Source: an uncultured Candidatus Rokubacteria bacterium
GTDB lineage: Bacteria; Methylomirabilota; Methylomirabilia; Rokubacteriales; CSP1-6
Assembly (NCBI GenBank): GCA_963771355.1
Contig: CAVYTA010000006.1
Location: forward strand, 768,001-832,000
Length of the DNA stretch: 64,000 nt
Reading direction: 5' to 3'
Shown here: positions 16,595 to 26,725 of the stretch, one piece after another
Layout: each line of letters begins with the position of its first letter
Position numbering within the stretch: position 1 is the stretch's first letter
The notes under the pieces: model-generated
Told to the model about the DNA's origin: nothing
The model's input: only the letters and a program-made list of their open reading frames with translations
Database searches by the model: none
Made by a program: the position numbers and the translations under genes

Positions 16595-18289
16595 ATGGCC
16601 GCCGATCCGAGACACAAGAGCCGCACCCTTCTCGAGGGCACCGATCGCTCCGCCGCCCGCGCCATGATGAAGGCGGTGGGCTTCACCGACGAGGATCTCG
16701 CGCGGCCCCAGATCGGCGTGGCTCATTCGTGGATCGGCACCATGCCCTGCAACTGGAATCACCGGAAGCTCGCGGAGAAGGTCATGCAAGGGGTTCGGGC
16801 CGCCGGCGGCACCCCCATCGAGGTCAATACCGTCTCCATCACCGACGGCATCACCATGGGCACCGAGGGCATGAAGGGCTCGCTCATCAGCCGGGAGATC
16901 GTGGCCGACTCCGTCGAGCTGGTGGCGCGGAGCCACATGTTCGATGGCCTCGTCACCATCTCCGGCTGCGACAAGACCATCCCCGCCATGACCATGGTGC
17001 TCGGACGCGTGAACATCCCCTCCCTGATGCTCTACTGCGGCTCCATCATGTTCGGCCGCTGTGCGGGATCCACCGGCCCCTTCGCCGGGCGCAACCTGAC
17101 CATCCAGGACGTCTTCGAGGCGGTGGGCGCCTACAATGCGGGCAAGATCTCGCTGGAGCAGTTCAAGGACGTCGAGGACCATGCCTGCCCGGGCGCGGGC
17201 GCCTGTGGCGGCCAGTTCACCGCCAACACCATGGCCACCGCCTACGAGATGCTCGGCATGTCGCCCATGGGCTGGAACGGCGTCCCCGCCACGGATCCCA
17301 GGAAAGACGAGGTGGCCTTCGAGTCGGGCAAGCTGGTCATGGATCTCCTGCGCAAGGGGATAACGCCCCGCTCCCTGGTCACGCGCAAGAGCTTCGAGAA
17401 CGCGATCACCGGCGTCATGGCCACCGGCGGCTCCACCAACGCGGTGCTCCACCTCATCGCCACCGCCAAGGACTTCGGGCTCAAGCTGTCCATCGACGAC
17501 TTCGACCGGATCTCGAAGCGGACGCCCGTGCTGGCCGACCTCAAGCCCTGGGGCAATTACACCGCGCCCGAGATGTACGAGGCGGGCGGCATGCCGGTGG
17601 TGGGCAAGCGGCTTCTCGAGGCCGGCCTGCTGCACGCGGGCGAGAAGACGGTCACCGGGCGCAGCATCGGGGACGAGGTGAAAAACGCCGCCGAGCCGGT
17701 GGGCCAGAAGGTGATCCGGCGGCTGACCGAGGCCATCAAGCCCACCGGAGGCATCGCCATCCTCCGCGGCAACATCGCCCCGGGCGGCTGCGTGATAAAG
17801 CTCTCCGGCCAGACCAAGTATCTCCACCGCGGGCCCGCGCGCGTCTTCGAGGTGGAGGAGGCGGCGTTCAAGGCAGTCAAGACGGGAAAGATCAAGCCCA
17901 ATGACGTGATCGTCATCCGCAACGAGGGGCCGAAGGGCGGGCCCGGCATGCGGGAGATGCTCCACGTGTCGGGCGCGCTGCAGGGAGCGGGGCTCGGCGA
18001 CACGGTGGCGCTCATGACGGACGGCCGCTTCTCCGGAGCCACCCACGGCTTCATGATCGCCCACATCGTTCCGGAGGCGGCGGATCGCGGGCCCATCGCC
18101 GCCATCCACAACGGCGACACCATCGTCATCGACGTCAAGAAGCGCCGCCTCGACGTGGAGATTTCGGCCGCGGAAATGAAGAAGCGCCTGGCAAAGTGGA
18201 AGCCCGCCCGGCCCCGCTACGCGAGCGGCGTCTTCCACAAGTACGCCATCACCGTCGCCAACGCCTCCGAAGGCGCCGTCACCGGCTGA
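16595..18289 (+). CDS. ilvD: Dihydroxy-acid dehydratase
   Basis: PCNWNH, DGITMGTEGM, GCDKTIP, CPGAGACGGQFTANTM, GGSTN, EGPKGGPGMREM, TDGRFSG. Confidence 0.96.
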   Translation: MAADPRHKSRTLLEGTDRSAARAMMKAVGFTDEDLARPQIGVAHSWIGTMPCNWNHRKLAEKVMQGVRAAGGTPIEVNTVSITDGITMGTEGMKGSLISREIVADSVELVARSHMFDGLVTISGCDKTIPAMTMVLGRVNIPSLMLYCGSIMFGRCAGSTGPFAGRNLTIQDVFEAVGAYNAGKISLEQFKDVEDHACPGAGACGGQFTANTMATAYEMLGMSPMGWNGVPATDPRKDEVAFESGKLVMDLLRKGITPRSLVTRKSFENAITGVMATGGSTNAVLHLIATAKDFGLKLSIDDFDRISKRTPVLADLKPWGNYTAPEMYEAGGMPVVGKRLLEAGLLHAGEKTVTGRSIGDEVKNAAEPVGQKVIRRLTEAIKPTGGIAILRGNIAPGGCVIKLSGQTKYLHRGPARVFEVEEAAFKAVKTGKIKPNDVIVIRNEGPKGGPGMREMLHVSGALQGAGLGDTVALMTDGRFSGATHGFMIAHIVPEAADRGPIAAIHNGDTIVIDVKKRRLDVEISAAEMKKRLAKWKPARPRYASGVFHKYAITVANASEGAVTG

Positions 18290-20352
18290 TGGCGATCCGC
18301 CCGCTGGAGCTTGTTCCCTCCGTCTGCCCGCACGACTGCACCAGCACGTGCGCGCTCGAGGTGGAGCGGGTGGACGAGCGGACCATCGGCCGGGTGCGCG
18401 GCTCCCAGCGCAACACGTACACGCGGGGGGTGATCTGCGAGAAGGTGGCCCGCTACGCGGAGCGTACCCATCACCCCGACCGCCTGATGCATCCCATGAA
18501 GCGCGTGGGCCCCAAGGGCTCGGGACGGTTCGCCCGCATCTCCTGGGACGAGGCGCTCGACACCGTCGCGCGCGCCTTCCAGGACGCGGCCGCGCGGCAC
18601 GGCCCGGAAACGGTCTGGCCGTACTACTACGCGGGCACCATGGGCCTGGTGCAGCGGGACGGCATCAACCGGCTCCGGCACGTCATGCGGTACTCCCGCT
18701 GGTTCTCGACCATCTGCGTGACGCTGTCCGACAGCGGCTGGATCGCGGGGACGGGCATGAAGCGGGGCGCGGACCTGCGCGAGATCGACGAGCACTCGGA
18801 CCTGGTGGTGATCTGGGGCGGGAATCCGGTGAATACCCAGGTGAACGTGATGAATCACGCCCTGGCCGCCAAGCGGCGGGGGGCGACGCTCGTGGTGGTG
18901 GATCCCTACCGCACCGGCACCGCCGACCATGCCGACCTCCATCTTGCCGTCCGCCCCGGCACCGACGGCGCGCTGGCCTGCGCCGTGATGCACGTCCTCT
19001 TCGCGGAAGGCTTCGCCGACTGGGACTACCTGCGCGCGTACACCGACGCGCCGGACGAGCTGGCCCAGCACGTGGCGACGCGGACGCCCGAGTGGGCGGC
19101 TGCCATCACCGGGCTCTCCGTCGAGGCGATCACGGACTTCGCGCGCCTCTACGGCCGCACCAGGCGCAGCTTCATCCGCTGTCATCACGGGTTCAGCCGC
19201 TCCCGCAACGGCGCCGTCAACATGCACGCGGTGAGCTGCCTGCCCGCCGTGACCGGTGCCTGGCGCTATGAGGGCGGGGGGGCGCTCTACGGGCACACCG
19301 CGATCTACCCCCTCGATCGCTCCCTCATCGAGGGGCTGGACGTGGCGGACAAATCCATCCGGGCCCTCGACCAGTCCCGCCTGGGCGCGATCCTGACCGG
19401 CGATCCCGCCGCGCTGCACGGCGGGCCCCCGGTGACGGCCATGCTGGTGCAGAACACCAACCCCGCCATGGTCTGCCCGGACCTCAACCTGGTGCACCGG
19501 GGACTGGCGCGGGAGGACCTCTTCCTCTGCGTGCACGAGCAGTTCCTCACCGAGACAGCGGCCTTCGCCGACATCGTGCTGCCCGCCACCACCTTCGTCG
19601 AGCACGACGACTTCTACACCGCGAGCGGCCACACGTATTTCCAGGTGGCGAAGAAGGTGATCGAGCCGCCCGGGGAGTGCCGCGAGAATCACGAGGTGAT
19701 CCGAGGCCTGGCCCGCCGGCTGGGCGCCACCCATCCCGGCTTCGAGATGACCCCGTGGGAGATCATGGACTGGACGCTCAAGCGCTCGGGCATGTGGGAC
19801 GCCGAGACCAACTGGAGCCGGGGCGGCCAGGACTGCGCGCCCCCGTTCCGCAAGGCCCATTTCCTCGACGGGTTCGAGACCGCCGACCGCCGCTTTCACT
19901 TCAAGGCCGACTGGAAGCGCTTCGGCGGCCGCTGGGCGGAGATGCCGGTACTCCCCGATCACTTCGACGTGATCGACCGCGCCACCGCGGCCAAGCCCTT
20001 CCGGCTGGTGGCTGCCCCCGCGCGGACCTTCCTCAACTCGACCTTCACCGAGACGCCGGGCTCGCTGCGGCGTGAGGTGCGGCCCACCGCATGCATCAAT
20101 CCGGCCGATTGTGAAGCCCTGGGCCTCGTCGAGGGGGATCGGCTGACCCTCGGCAACGAGCAGGGCGAGGTGATCGTGCACGCGATGCCGCGTGAGGGCC
20201 AGCAGCAGGGGGTGGTGGTGGTGGAGGGGGTCTGGCCGAACAAGCACTTCGAGAATCGCCTGGGCATCAACGCGCTCACCAGCAGCGAGCCCGGCTTCCC
20301 GCACGGCGGCGCCGTCTTCCACGACACCGCGGTGTGGATACGGAAGTCCTGA
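18289..20352 (+). CDS. Molybdopterin (bis-PGD) oxidoreductase family protein
   Basis: SVCPHDCTSTC...ICEKV Fe-S motif, YYYAGTMG, TAAFADIVLPATT, FLNSTF; TGATG-coupled to ilvD; no Tat signal. Confidence 0.9.
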   Translation: MAIRPLELVPSVCPHDCTSTCALEVERVDERTIGRVRGSQRNTYTRGVICEKVARYAERTHHPDRLMHPMKRVGPKGSGRFARISWDEALDTVARAFQDAAARHGPETVWPYYYAGTMGLVQRDGINRLRHVMRYSRWFSTICVTLSDSGWIAGTGMKRGADLREIDEHSDLVVIWGGNPVNTQVNVMNHALAAKRRGATLVVVDPYRTGTADHADLHLAVRPGTDGALACAVMHVLFAEGFADWDYLRAYTDAPDELAQHVATRTPEWAAAITGLSVEAITDFARLYGRTRRSFIRCHHGFSRSRNGAVNMHAVSCLPAVTGAWRYEGGGALYGHTAIYPLDRSLIEGLDVADKSIRALDQSRLGAILTGDPAALHGGPPVTAMLVQNTNPAMVCPDLNLVHRGLAREDLFLCVHEQFLTETAAFADIVLPATTFVEHDDFYTASGHTYFQVAKKVIEPPGECRENHEVIRGLARRLGATHPGFEMTPWEIMDWTLKRSGMWDAETNWSRGGQDCAPPFRKAHFLDGFETADRRFHFKADWKRFGGRWAEMPVLPDHFDVIDRATAAKPFRLVAAPARTFLNSTFTETPGSLRREVRPTACINPADCEALGLVEGDRLTLGNEQGEVIVHAMPREGQQQGVVVVEGVWPNKHFENRLGINALTSSEPGFPHGGAVFHDTAVWIRKS

Positions 20353-20372
20353 AGCGCCCCGCTCTCCGCAGG

Positions 20373-22409
20373 CTATCCGATCGCGATGTCGAGCCAGCCC
20401 TGGGCGGTGACGAGCGCCCGCTCGTCGGCGCGGATCACCACGGTGGTGGTGGCCGACTCGAAGATGGCCGGACCCTTGATCTCCTGGCCGGGTGGCAGCC
20501 CGTCCATCTCATGGACCGGCACCTCCATCCAGCGTCCGAGATAGGCGCGGCGGAGGCGGGGGGCGATCGCGGGAGGCGCGGCGGCCCGCGTCTCCTCGGC
20601 GGGGAGTGCGGGCAGCCGTCCGACCACGGCCAGCCGCGCGTTGACGAGCACCACTTCCTGGCCGGGCGCGCTGTAGGTGTAGAGCGCCTCGTGGCGCGCG
20701 TGGAAGCGGGCCACCACCTGATCCATGAGGTCGGCCGCGTCCATGTCCACGCCGTCCAGCGGCACCGAGATCTCGAAGGTCTGCTCGCCGTAACGCATGT
20801 CCGCGGAGCGGCGTACCGCGATCTCGCCCGCGAAGCTCCCGAGCCGTCGCCGCCCTTCCGCCTCCAGCTCCGAAAAACGCTGCCGAAGGCGATCAGACCC
20901 GATCTCGCGGGCCTCACCCACATGCGTGCGCACCATCTCGTAACGGAGATCGGTCGCGAGCATGCCCCAGGCCGAGAGCACTGACGCCACCCGCGGGACG
21001 ATCACCCGGGTGACCTCGAGCATGCGCGCCACGTCGGTGATGTGTAGCCCGGCCGCTCCGCCGAAAGACAGGAGGGCGAAGCGCCGCGGATCCGCGCCCC
21101 GGCGGACCGAGACCAGGCGGATTCCCTCCGCCATGTTGGTGTTGACGACGCGACAGATGCCCTCCGCCGCCGCCACCGGGTCGACACCCAGCGCACGCGC
21201 GATTCGACCCACCGCGGCCTCGGCCGCCGCCGCGTCCAGCCGGGTTCTCCCGCCCAGGAAGTTGGCGGGATCGAGGAGGCCCAGCACCACGTTGGCGTCG
21301 GTGACGGTGGCGTCACGGCCCCCGCGCCCATAGCAGGCGGGCCCGGGCACCGCGCCCGCGCTCTCGGGGCCCACGTGAAGGATGCCCCCCACGTCCACCG
21401 TCGCGATGGAGCCGCCGCCCGCGCCCAGCGTGTGGATGTCGATGCTCGGCAGCGCCACCTTGCTGCCGCCCACCGCCTTGTCACCGCTGAGATGCGGCTC
21501 GCCGCCCTCCAGCAGCGCGATGTCCGTGCTGGTCCCGCCCATGTCGAAGGTGATGAGATTGCCCGCGCCGATCACGCGCGCGCAGTGCCCGCTTCCCGCG
21601 ATGCCGCCCGCCGGGCCGGACAGCACGGCCCCGGCGGCCAGACGAATCGAGTCCTCGATGGTCGCGACCCCGCCATGCGACTGCATGATGAGCACGCGGC
21701 CGGCATAGCCCGCGTCGGTCAGCCGCTTCTCGAGCCGGCCGAGATAGCCCGCGAGCACGGGTCCCACGTAGGCATTCACCACGGTGGTGCCGAAGCGCTC
21801 GTACTCCTTGATCTGCGGGAGCACCTCGGAGGAGAGGGACACGTAGGCCGCCGGCAGCAGGCGCGCGAGGAGCCGTCGCGTGGCCCGCTCGTGGCGCCCG
21901 TCCCGGTAGGAATGGAGATAGCAGACGGCGACGGACTCGACCTTGGCCGCGGCCAGCCTCCGCACCGCGGACTCGACCGAGCTCTTGTCCAGCGGCGTCT
22001 CGACCTTGCCGTCGAAGCGGATGCGCTCGCGCACGTCGAGCCGCCGTGCACGCGGCACCAGCGGGATGGGAGGCGGCATGCGCAGGTTGTAGCGGTCGTC
22101 CTTGAGCCCCTCGCGCATCTCGACGATATCCCGATGGCCGGCGGTGGTGAGCATCCCCACGGTGGCACCCTTGCGCTCGAGGAGGGCATTGGTGGCGACA
22201 GTGGTGCCGTGCACGATCAGCTCGGTACGAGCGAGAAGGGTACCCGCGTCCAGGCCGAGCTCGGCGGCGAGCAGCCCGAGGCCGTCGAGCGCGCCGATCG
22301 AGGGATCGGAGGGGGTGGAGGCCGACTTCGCCAGCGTGGTGCGTCCCCGCTCATCCACCGCGACCAGGTCTGTGAACGTGCCGCCGACGTCGATTCCGAC
22401 CCTGTACAT
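20373..22409 (-). CDS. Hydantoinase A / oxoprolinase family (ATP-binding subunit)
   Basis: GIDVGGTFTD, HGTTVATNALLE, SGPAGG, DMGGTSTD, GAGGGSI, FGGAAGLH. Confidence 0.93.
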   Translation of the reverse strand: MYRVGIDVGGTFTDLVAVDERGRTTLAKSASTPSDPSIGALDGLGLLAAELGLDAGTLLARTELIVHGTTVATNALLERKGATVGMLTTAGHRDIVEMREGLKDDRYNLRMPPPIPLVPRARRLDVRERIRFDGKVETPLDKSSVESAVRRLAAAKVESVAVCYLHSYRDGRHERATRRLLARLLPAAYVSLSSEVLPQIKEYERFGTTVVNAYVGPVLAGYLGRLEKRLTDAGYAGRVLIMQSHGGVATIEDSIRLAAGAVLSGPAGGIAGSGHCARVIGAGNLITFDMGGTSTDIALLEGGEPHLSGDKAVGGSKVALPSIDIHTLGAGGGSIATVDVGGILHVGPESAGAVPGPACYGRGGRDATVTDANVVLGLLDPANFLGGRTRLDAAAAEAAVGRIARALGVDPVAAAEGICRVVNTNMAEGIRLVSVRRGADPRRFALLSFGGAAGLHITDVARMLEVTRVIVPRVASVLSAWGMLATDLRYEMVRTHVGEAREIGSDRLRQRFSELEAEGRRRLGSFAGEIAVRRSADMRYGEQTFEISVPLDGVDMDAADLMDQVVARFHARHEALYTYSAPGQEVVLVNARLAVVGRLPALPAEETRAAAPPAIAPRLRRAYLGRWMEVPVHEMDGLPPGQEIKGPAIFESATTTVVIRADERALVTAQGWLDIAIG

Positions 22410-22410
22410 G

Positions 22411-24174
22411 CTAAGGCCTCCCGCGATGGGCGGACGACGGGGCTGACTTGATATACGGTCGCCGCAAGCGGCGACCTTTATTTGGTGGCTTCGCATCTTT
22501 CGGGTTGCGCCCGGTGGAAGTGCGCCCGTTCTTGCCGGTGATGAGGCCGTTGTCTGCGTCTCGCTGGCGCGCGGCGGGGTCGCGCCGGCGTGGATCTCCG
22601 TAGCCGCCGCCGCCGGCGGACTCCACCAGGAATACGGTGCCGGGGAGCACGGGCACGCCCACCTCCTTGGTCTTGAGGAAGCGGGTGCGGCCGCGCGCGA
22701 CCATCCGATAACGGTGGGGGAGGCCGTCCTTCCCGCCGAGAATGCCGTACGAAGGATGCCGGACCCCGTCACCCGCGGTATTGGCGCGGCCCTCCTCGGT
22801 GGTCTCCACCTTCAGGGTAAGCAGAGACCCTACCCCTCCGCGATGGCGCCCGTCGCCGGGGGAGTCGGGACGGAACTCGTGGCGCTCGAAGAAGAGGGGG
22901 AAGCGCGTTTCCGCCACTTCCACGCTCCCGAACTTGATGCCGCCCGCCGCCTGACCCTCGCCCGCGGTTTCCCAGCCGTCGCCGGCCACGCAGGCGCCGC
23001 CGCCGCCCCGCGCGTGGAAGAGGTGCCAGATGAAGGGGCGCTTCGTCCGCGGGTTCACTCCCGAGATGGCGATGCGGAAGCGCCGCGACCAGCCGGCCAG
23101 CACGCGCTCCGGGCAGCTCTTGGCCAGCGCTTTGATCACCGCCTCGGCGATTTCCTGGGCGCAATGGTTGGTGGCGAGCGTCACCGGCGCGGGCGGATGC
23201 GGCCACACCACGCTGCCCTGGCGCGCCTTCACCGTCACCGGACGGAAAGTACCCTCGTTCTTGGGTGTCCGCGGGTCGATCAGGTAGGCGAGCGCCATGT
23301 GGACGGCCGAGATGGTGTTTGGGTAGGACGAGTTCACGAAGCCGATGACCTGGTCGCGGCTCTCGGTGAGATCCACCACCAGCGAGTCCCCCTTCTTGGT
23401 CACGGTGGCGCGGATGGCGATGTCCTCGATCCCATGCCCGTCGTCGTCGAGCACCGCCTCCCCGCGGAACACCCCGTCCTTCCACTGCCGGATGCACGCG
23501 CGCGCCTGGCGCTCGGCGCCATCCAGCACCTCGTCCACGGCGGCGAGCGCGGTGGACAGTCCGTATTCCTCGATCAGACGCAGGATGCGGCGCTCGCCCA
23601 TCCGGGTCGAGCCGATCATGGCGTTGAGGTCGCCCTTGAAGTCGCGCGGGTGCCGCACGTTGAGCGCGACCGTCTCGAGCACGTCGTCGCGCAGGACCCC
23701 CGCGTCGTAGAGCTTGAGGGGAGGGATACGCACGCCCTCCTGCCAGATCTCGGTGGCGCCGGGGTTGTAGCCGCCGTGGGTGGCGCCTCCGATATCGTGC
23801 TGGTGGGCGCGGTTGATGGACCAGAAGACGACCCGGTCCTCCGCGAACACGGGCAGCAGCACGGTGAGGTCCGGTAGATGGTTGTTGCCGTGATAGGGAT
23901 CGTTCAAGAGGAAGAGGTCGCCGGGATGAATGCGCCCGGCGAAGTACTCCGACACCGACTGCACCGCCCACGGGAGCGCCCCTACATGGATGGGCACGTG
24001 CTCGGCCTGGGCGGCAAGCCGGCCCTGGCCGTCGAAGACCGCGGTGGAAAAATCCCGGCTCGAGTTGAGGATCTGAGAGTAGGCGGTGCGGAGCATTGCC
24101 TCGCCCATCTCCTGGACAATACCCTCGAGCCGGTGCTGGATCACGGACACGGTGATGCGGTCGGGTGTCATCAT
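22411..24174 (-). CDS. Hydantoinase B / oxoprolinase family subunit
   Basis: RTAYSQILNSSRDFS, PIHVG, NDPYHGNNHLPD, HQHDIGG, WQEG, AGGGGYGDP. Confidence 0.93.
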   Translation of the reverse strand: MMTPDRITVSVIQHRLEGIVQEMGEAMLRTAYSQILNSSRDFSTAVFDGQGRLAAQAEHVPIHVGALPWAVQSVSEYFAGRIHPGDLFLLNDPYHGNNHLPDLTVLLPVFAEDRVVFWSINRAHQHDIGGATHGGYNPGATEIWQEGVRIPPLKLYDAGVLRDDVLETVALNVRHPRDFKGDLNAMIGSTRMGERRILRLIEEYGLSTALAAVDEVLDGAERQARACIRQWKDGVFRGEAVLDDDGHGIEDIAIRATVTKKGDSLVVDLTESRDQVIGFVNSSYPNTISAVHMALAYLIDPRTPKNEGTFRPVTVKARQGSVVWPHPPAPVTLATNHCAQEIAEAVIKALAKSCPERVLAGWSRRFRIAISGVNPRTKRPFIWHLFHARGGGGACVAGDGWETAGEGQAAGGIKFGSVEVAETRFPLFFERHEFRPDSPGDGRHRGGVGSLLTLKVETTEEGRANTAGDGVRHPSYGILGGKDGLPHRYRMVARGRTRFLKTKEVGVPVLPGTVFLVESAGGGGYGDPRRRDPAARQRDADNGLITGKNGRTSTGRNPKDAKPPNKGRRLRRPYIKSAPSSAHRGRP

Positions 24175-24208
24175 GGGTGTAATTTACATCGAGAACGGCA
24201 CCGCGGTA

Positions 24209-24346
24209 TACGGTGCCGACGACGCGCCGTGGGACCTCCCGATGGCGCTGTCGGTGATCTACTCGCTCCCGCCGGTGATCTTCTACTGCATCTTCCGTCG
24301 CTACCTCACCCACGGCCTCGTGTCCGGGGCGGTGCAGGGGACCTAG
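24209..24346 (+). pseudogene. C-terminal remnant of a carbohydrate ABC transporter permease
   Basis: YGADDAPWDLPMALSVIYSLPPVIFYCIFRRYLTHGLVSGAVQGT-stop corresponds to the last TM helix and tail of a MalG-type permease. Confidence 0.7.
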
Positions 24347-26682
24347 TCGGGCGAGCGGCCGGGGTCGCCGCCGGCCCCCTTGCGGAGCGCCTCCCAGAGC
24401 CGGGCGGGCGTGACGGGCACCCGGGTGATCTCCGCGCCGCGGTCGGCGAGGGCATCCTCCACCGCATTGGCGATCGCGGCCGGTGGCGCGATGATGCCGC
24501 TCTCTCCCACCCCCTTGATGCCAAGCTCGTTCCGCGTGGAGGGGAACGACACGGCGATCGTCTCCAGCGGGGGCAGGTCGGCCGCGGTGGGAATGGCGTA
24601 GTCCATGAAGCTCCCGGTGAGGAGCTGTCCCTCGCCATCGTGCACCAGCTCCTCGCAGAGCGCGGTGCCGATGCCCTGAGCCATCCCGCCCTGGAGCTGG
24701 CCCTCCACCACCAGGGGATTGATGGCCCGCCCGCAGTCATGGAGGGCGAGATAGCGAAGAATGCGCACCGCGCCCGTCTCCCGGTCCACCTCCAGCGCGC
24801 AGGCATGCGCGCCGAACGCGAAGGTGACGGACTCGGGCGAGAAGTATCCGCAGGCCTGGAGCCCCGGCTGACCCTCGCGCACCAGGGTCTTGTTGCGCAC
24901 TGCCGCCCGCGCCACTTCGCCGAGGGCCAGGCCCCGCTGGGGCATGCCGGCCACGTGCAGGCGCCCGCCCGCGAGCACCACGTCGGCGGGCGCACATTCG
25001 AGCATCTCGGCGGCGACCCGCCGCGCCTTGTCGGCGACTTCGCGTGAGGACTTGGCCACGGCGGGGCCCGCGTTGGCGGCCACCCGGCTGCCGCCGGTGC
25101 CATTGCCGAAGGGAAGCAGGGCGGTGTCACCCGCGACCACGGTCACCCGGGGGAGCTCCACGCCCAGCTCGGCGGCTGCGATCTGCGCCATGGTGGTCTC
25201 GTGCGCCTGCCCCTGCGAGGAGACGCCGATGATGACCTGCACGTTGCCGGCCCCGTCCACTCGCACGTCTGCGCCCTCGAAGGGGCCGACGCCGGTGCCC
25301 TGGACATAGCAGCCGAGGCCGACTCCGAGCGGCGTGGCGCTCCCGCGCCGGTCCGCCTGCCGCTTCCGCCAGCCCGCATAGTCGAACGCCTCCAGGAGCC
25401 GCTCGAAGGAGCCCGGATAGTCTGCCGGGTCATAGGAGATGGGCGTGCCGTCTCGATAGATGAGCCCGGTGCGATACGGCATCTCGTCGGGACGGACGAA
25501 GTTTCGCCGGCGGATCTCCGCCGGATCGAGGCCCAGACGCCGCGCCGCTCGGTCGATGAGCCGCTCCATCACGAAAGCCGCCTCCGGACGTCCCGACCCA
25601 CGATAGGCGCCGCCGAAGAGGGTGTGGGAGACCACGTTCTGGCCCGAGGCGACGAGATGCGGCACGCGGTAGGGTCCGGGCAGATGGTTGATGGTGTTCC
25701 GCGTGATCACCTCGCCGAGCGGAAGATAGGCGCCGTGGTCGCGGGCGAAGGCCGTCTCGATGGCCACGATGCGCCCGTGGCCGTCCACTCCAAGTCGGGC
25801 GTGGTGACGCTGGCCTCGATCCGGCGAGCCGCTGAGGAAATGCTCCCGCCGCGACTCCGTCCATCTCAGAGTGCGCCCGAGCCGGCGCGCCGCCGCGGCC
25901 AGGATGATGTCCTCGGCGTAGGTATGGCCCTTGATGCCGAACCCGCCGCCCGAGTCGGTGCAGATGATCCGGACGCGCTCCTCCGGGAGATCGAGCGCTC
26001 CCGCGATCGCGCCGCGAAGCCCATAGGGCGACTGGCTCGGAATCCAGATCGTGAAACGGCCGTCCGGGCCCTCCGGCACCACGACGATCCCGCGCGGCTC
26101 GAGCGGCGCGCCCGCGACTCGAGCCAGGTCCAGGTCCGCCTCGACCACGACCTCGGCCGTTCTCAGCGCGACGGCCGGCTCGCCCACCTGGGCGGACGAC
26201 GGCCCGGCGACATTGTCCGGCCATCCTTCGAAGACCCGCGGCGCACCCGCTGCAGTCGCGGCGGCGAGTCCGGCCGCCGTCGGCAGAGGCACGTAGTCGA
26301 CCCCCACCGCCTCCGCCGCATCGGCGGCGAGATATGGCGTCTCGGCGAGCACCACCGCCACGATCTCGCCGGTGTGGCGGACCATCGGATCCGCGAATAC
26401 GGACTGGGGCGCGCTCCGGAAGGAGGCGGGCGACGGGGTGGCCGCCGGGATGGGTCGCTGGCACTCGGGCAGGTCGGCGGCGGTGAGCACCGCGACCACG
26501 CCCGGCATGCCGCGCGCCGCGGCGGCGTCGATCCGCTCCACCCGGGCATGGGCATACGGGCTCCGGACGAACGCGGCGTGCAGGCTGCCGGGCACGCGCA
26601 AGTCGTCCACGTAGCGCCCGCGTCCGGTGATGAATCGCTGGTCTTCCGTGCGGAGATCGGGACGGCCGAAGGGGGAAGTCAT
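24343..26682 (-). CDS. Xanthine dehydrogenase family molybdopterin-binding large subunit (CoxL-like, not form I)
   Basis: EDQRFITGRGRYVDD, GGGFGIK, AYRGSGRPEA, QGQAHETT, INPLVVEGQ, KGVGESG. Confidence 0.92.
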   Translation of the reverse strand: MTSPFGRPDLRTEDQRFITGRGRYVDDLRVPGSLHAAFVRSPYAHARVERIDAAAARGMPGVVAVLTAADLPECQRPIPAATPSPASFRSAPQSVFADPMVRHTGEIVAVVLAETPYLAADAAEAVGVDYVPLPTAAGLAAATAAGAPRVFEGWPDNVAGPSSAQVGEPAVALRTAEVVVEADLDLARVAGAPLEPRGIVVVPEGPDGRFTIWIPSQSPYGLRGAIAGALDLPEERVRIICTDSGGGFGIKGHTYAEDIILAAAARRLGRTLRWTESRREHFLSGSPDRGQRHHARLGVDGHGRIVAIETAFARDHGAYLPLGEVITRNTINHLPGPYRVPHLVASGQNVVSHTLFGGAYRGSGRPEAAFVMERLIDRAARRLGLDPAEIRRRNFVRPDEMPYRTGLIYRDGTPISYDPADYPGSFERLLEAFDYAGWRKRQADRRGSATPLGVGLGCYVQGTGVGPFEGADVRVDGAGNVQVIIGVSSQGQAHETTMAQIAAAELGVELPRVTVVAGDTALLPFGNGTGGSRVAANAGPAVAKSSREVADKARRVAAEMLECAPADVVLAGGRLHVAGMPQRGLALGEVARAAVRNKTLVREGQPGLQACGYFSPESVTFAFGAHACALEVDRETGAVRILRYLALHDCGRAINPLVVEGQLQGGMAQGIGTALCEELVHDGEGQLLTGSFMDYAIPTAADLPPLETIAVSFPSTRNELGIKGVGESGIIAPPAAIANAVEDALADRGAEITRVPVTPARLWEALRKGAGGDPGRSPD

Positions 26683-26725
26683 CGCGGGGACGGAGTATAC
26701 CGCAGCCGGATGCTAAGATACTGAC

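Noticed and set aside
24343..26682. Aerobic CO dehydrogenase (form I coxL)
   Set aside because: Active-site loop is AYRGSGR rather than AYxCSFR, and no coxM, coxS or accessory genes are adjacent
26683..26725. Cobalamin or SAM riboswitch upstream of metH (also checked upstream of the BtuF-like gene)
   Set aside because: Spacers are only about 43 and 74 bp and are filled by divergent promoters; no aptamer motifs
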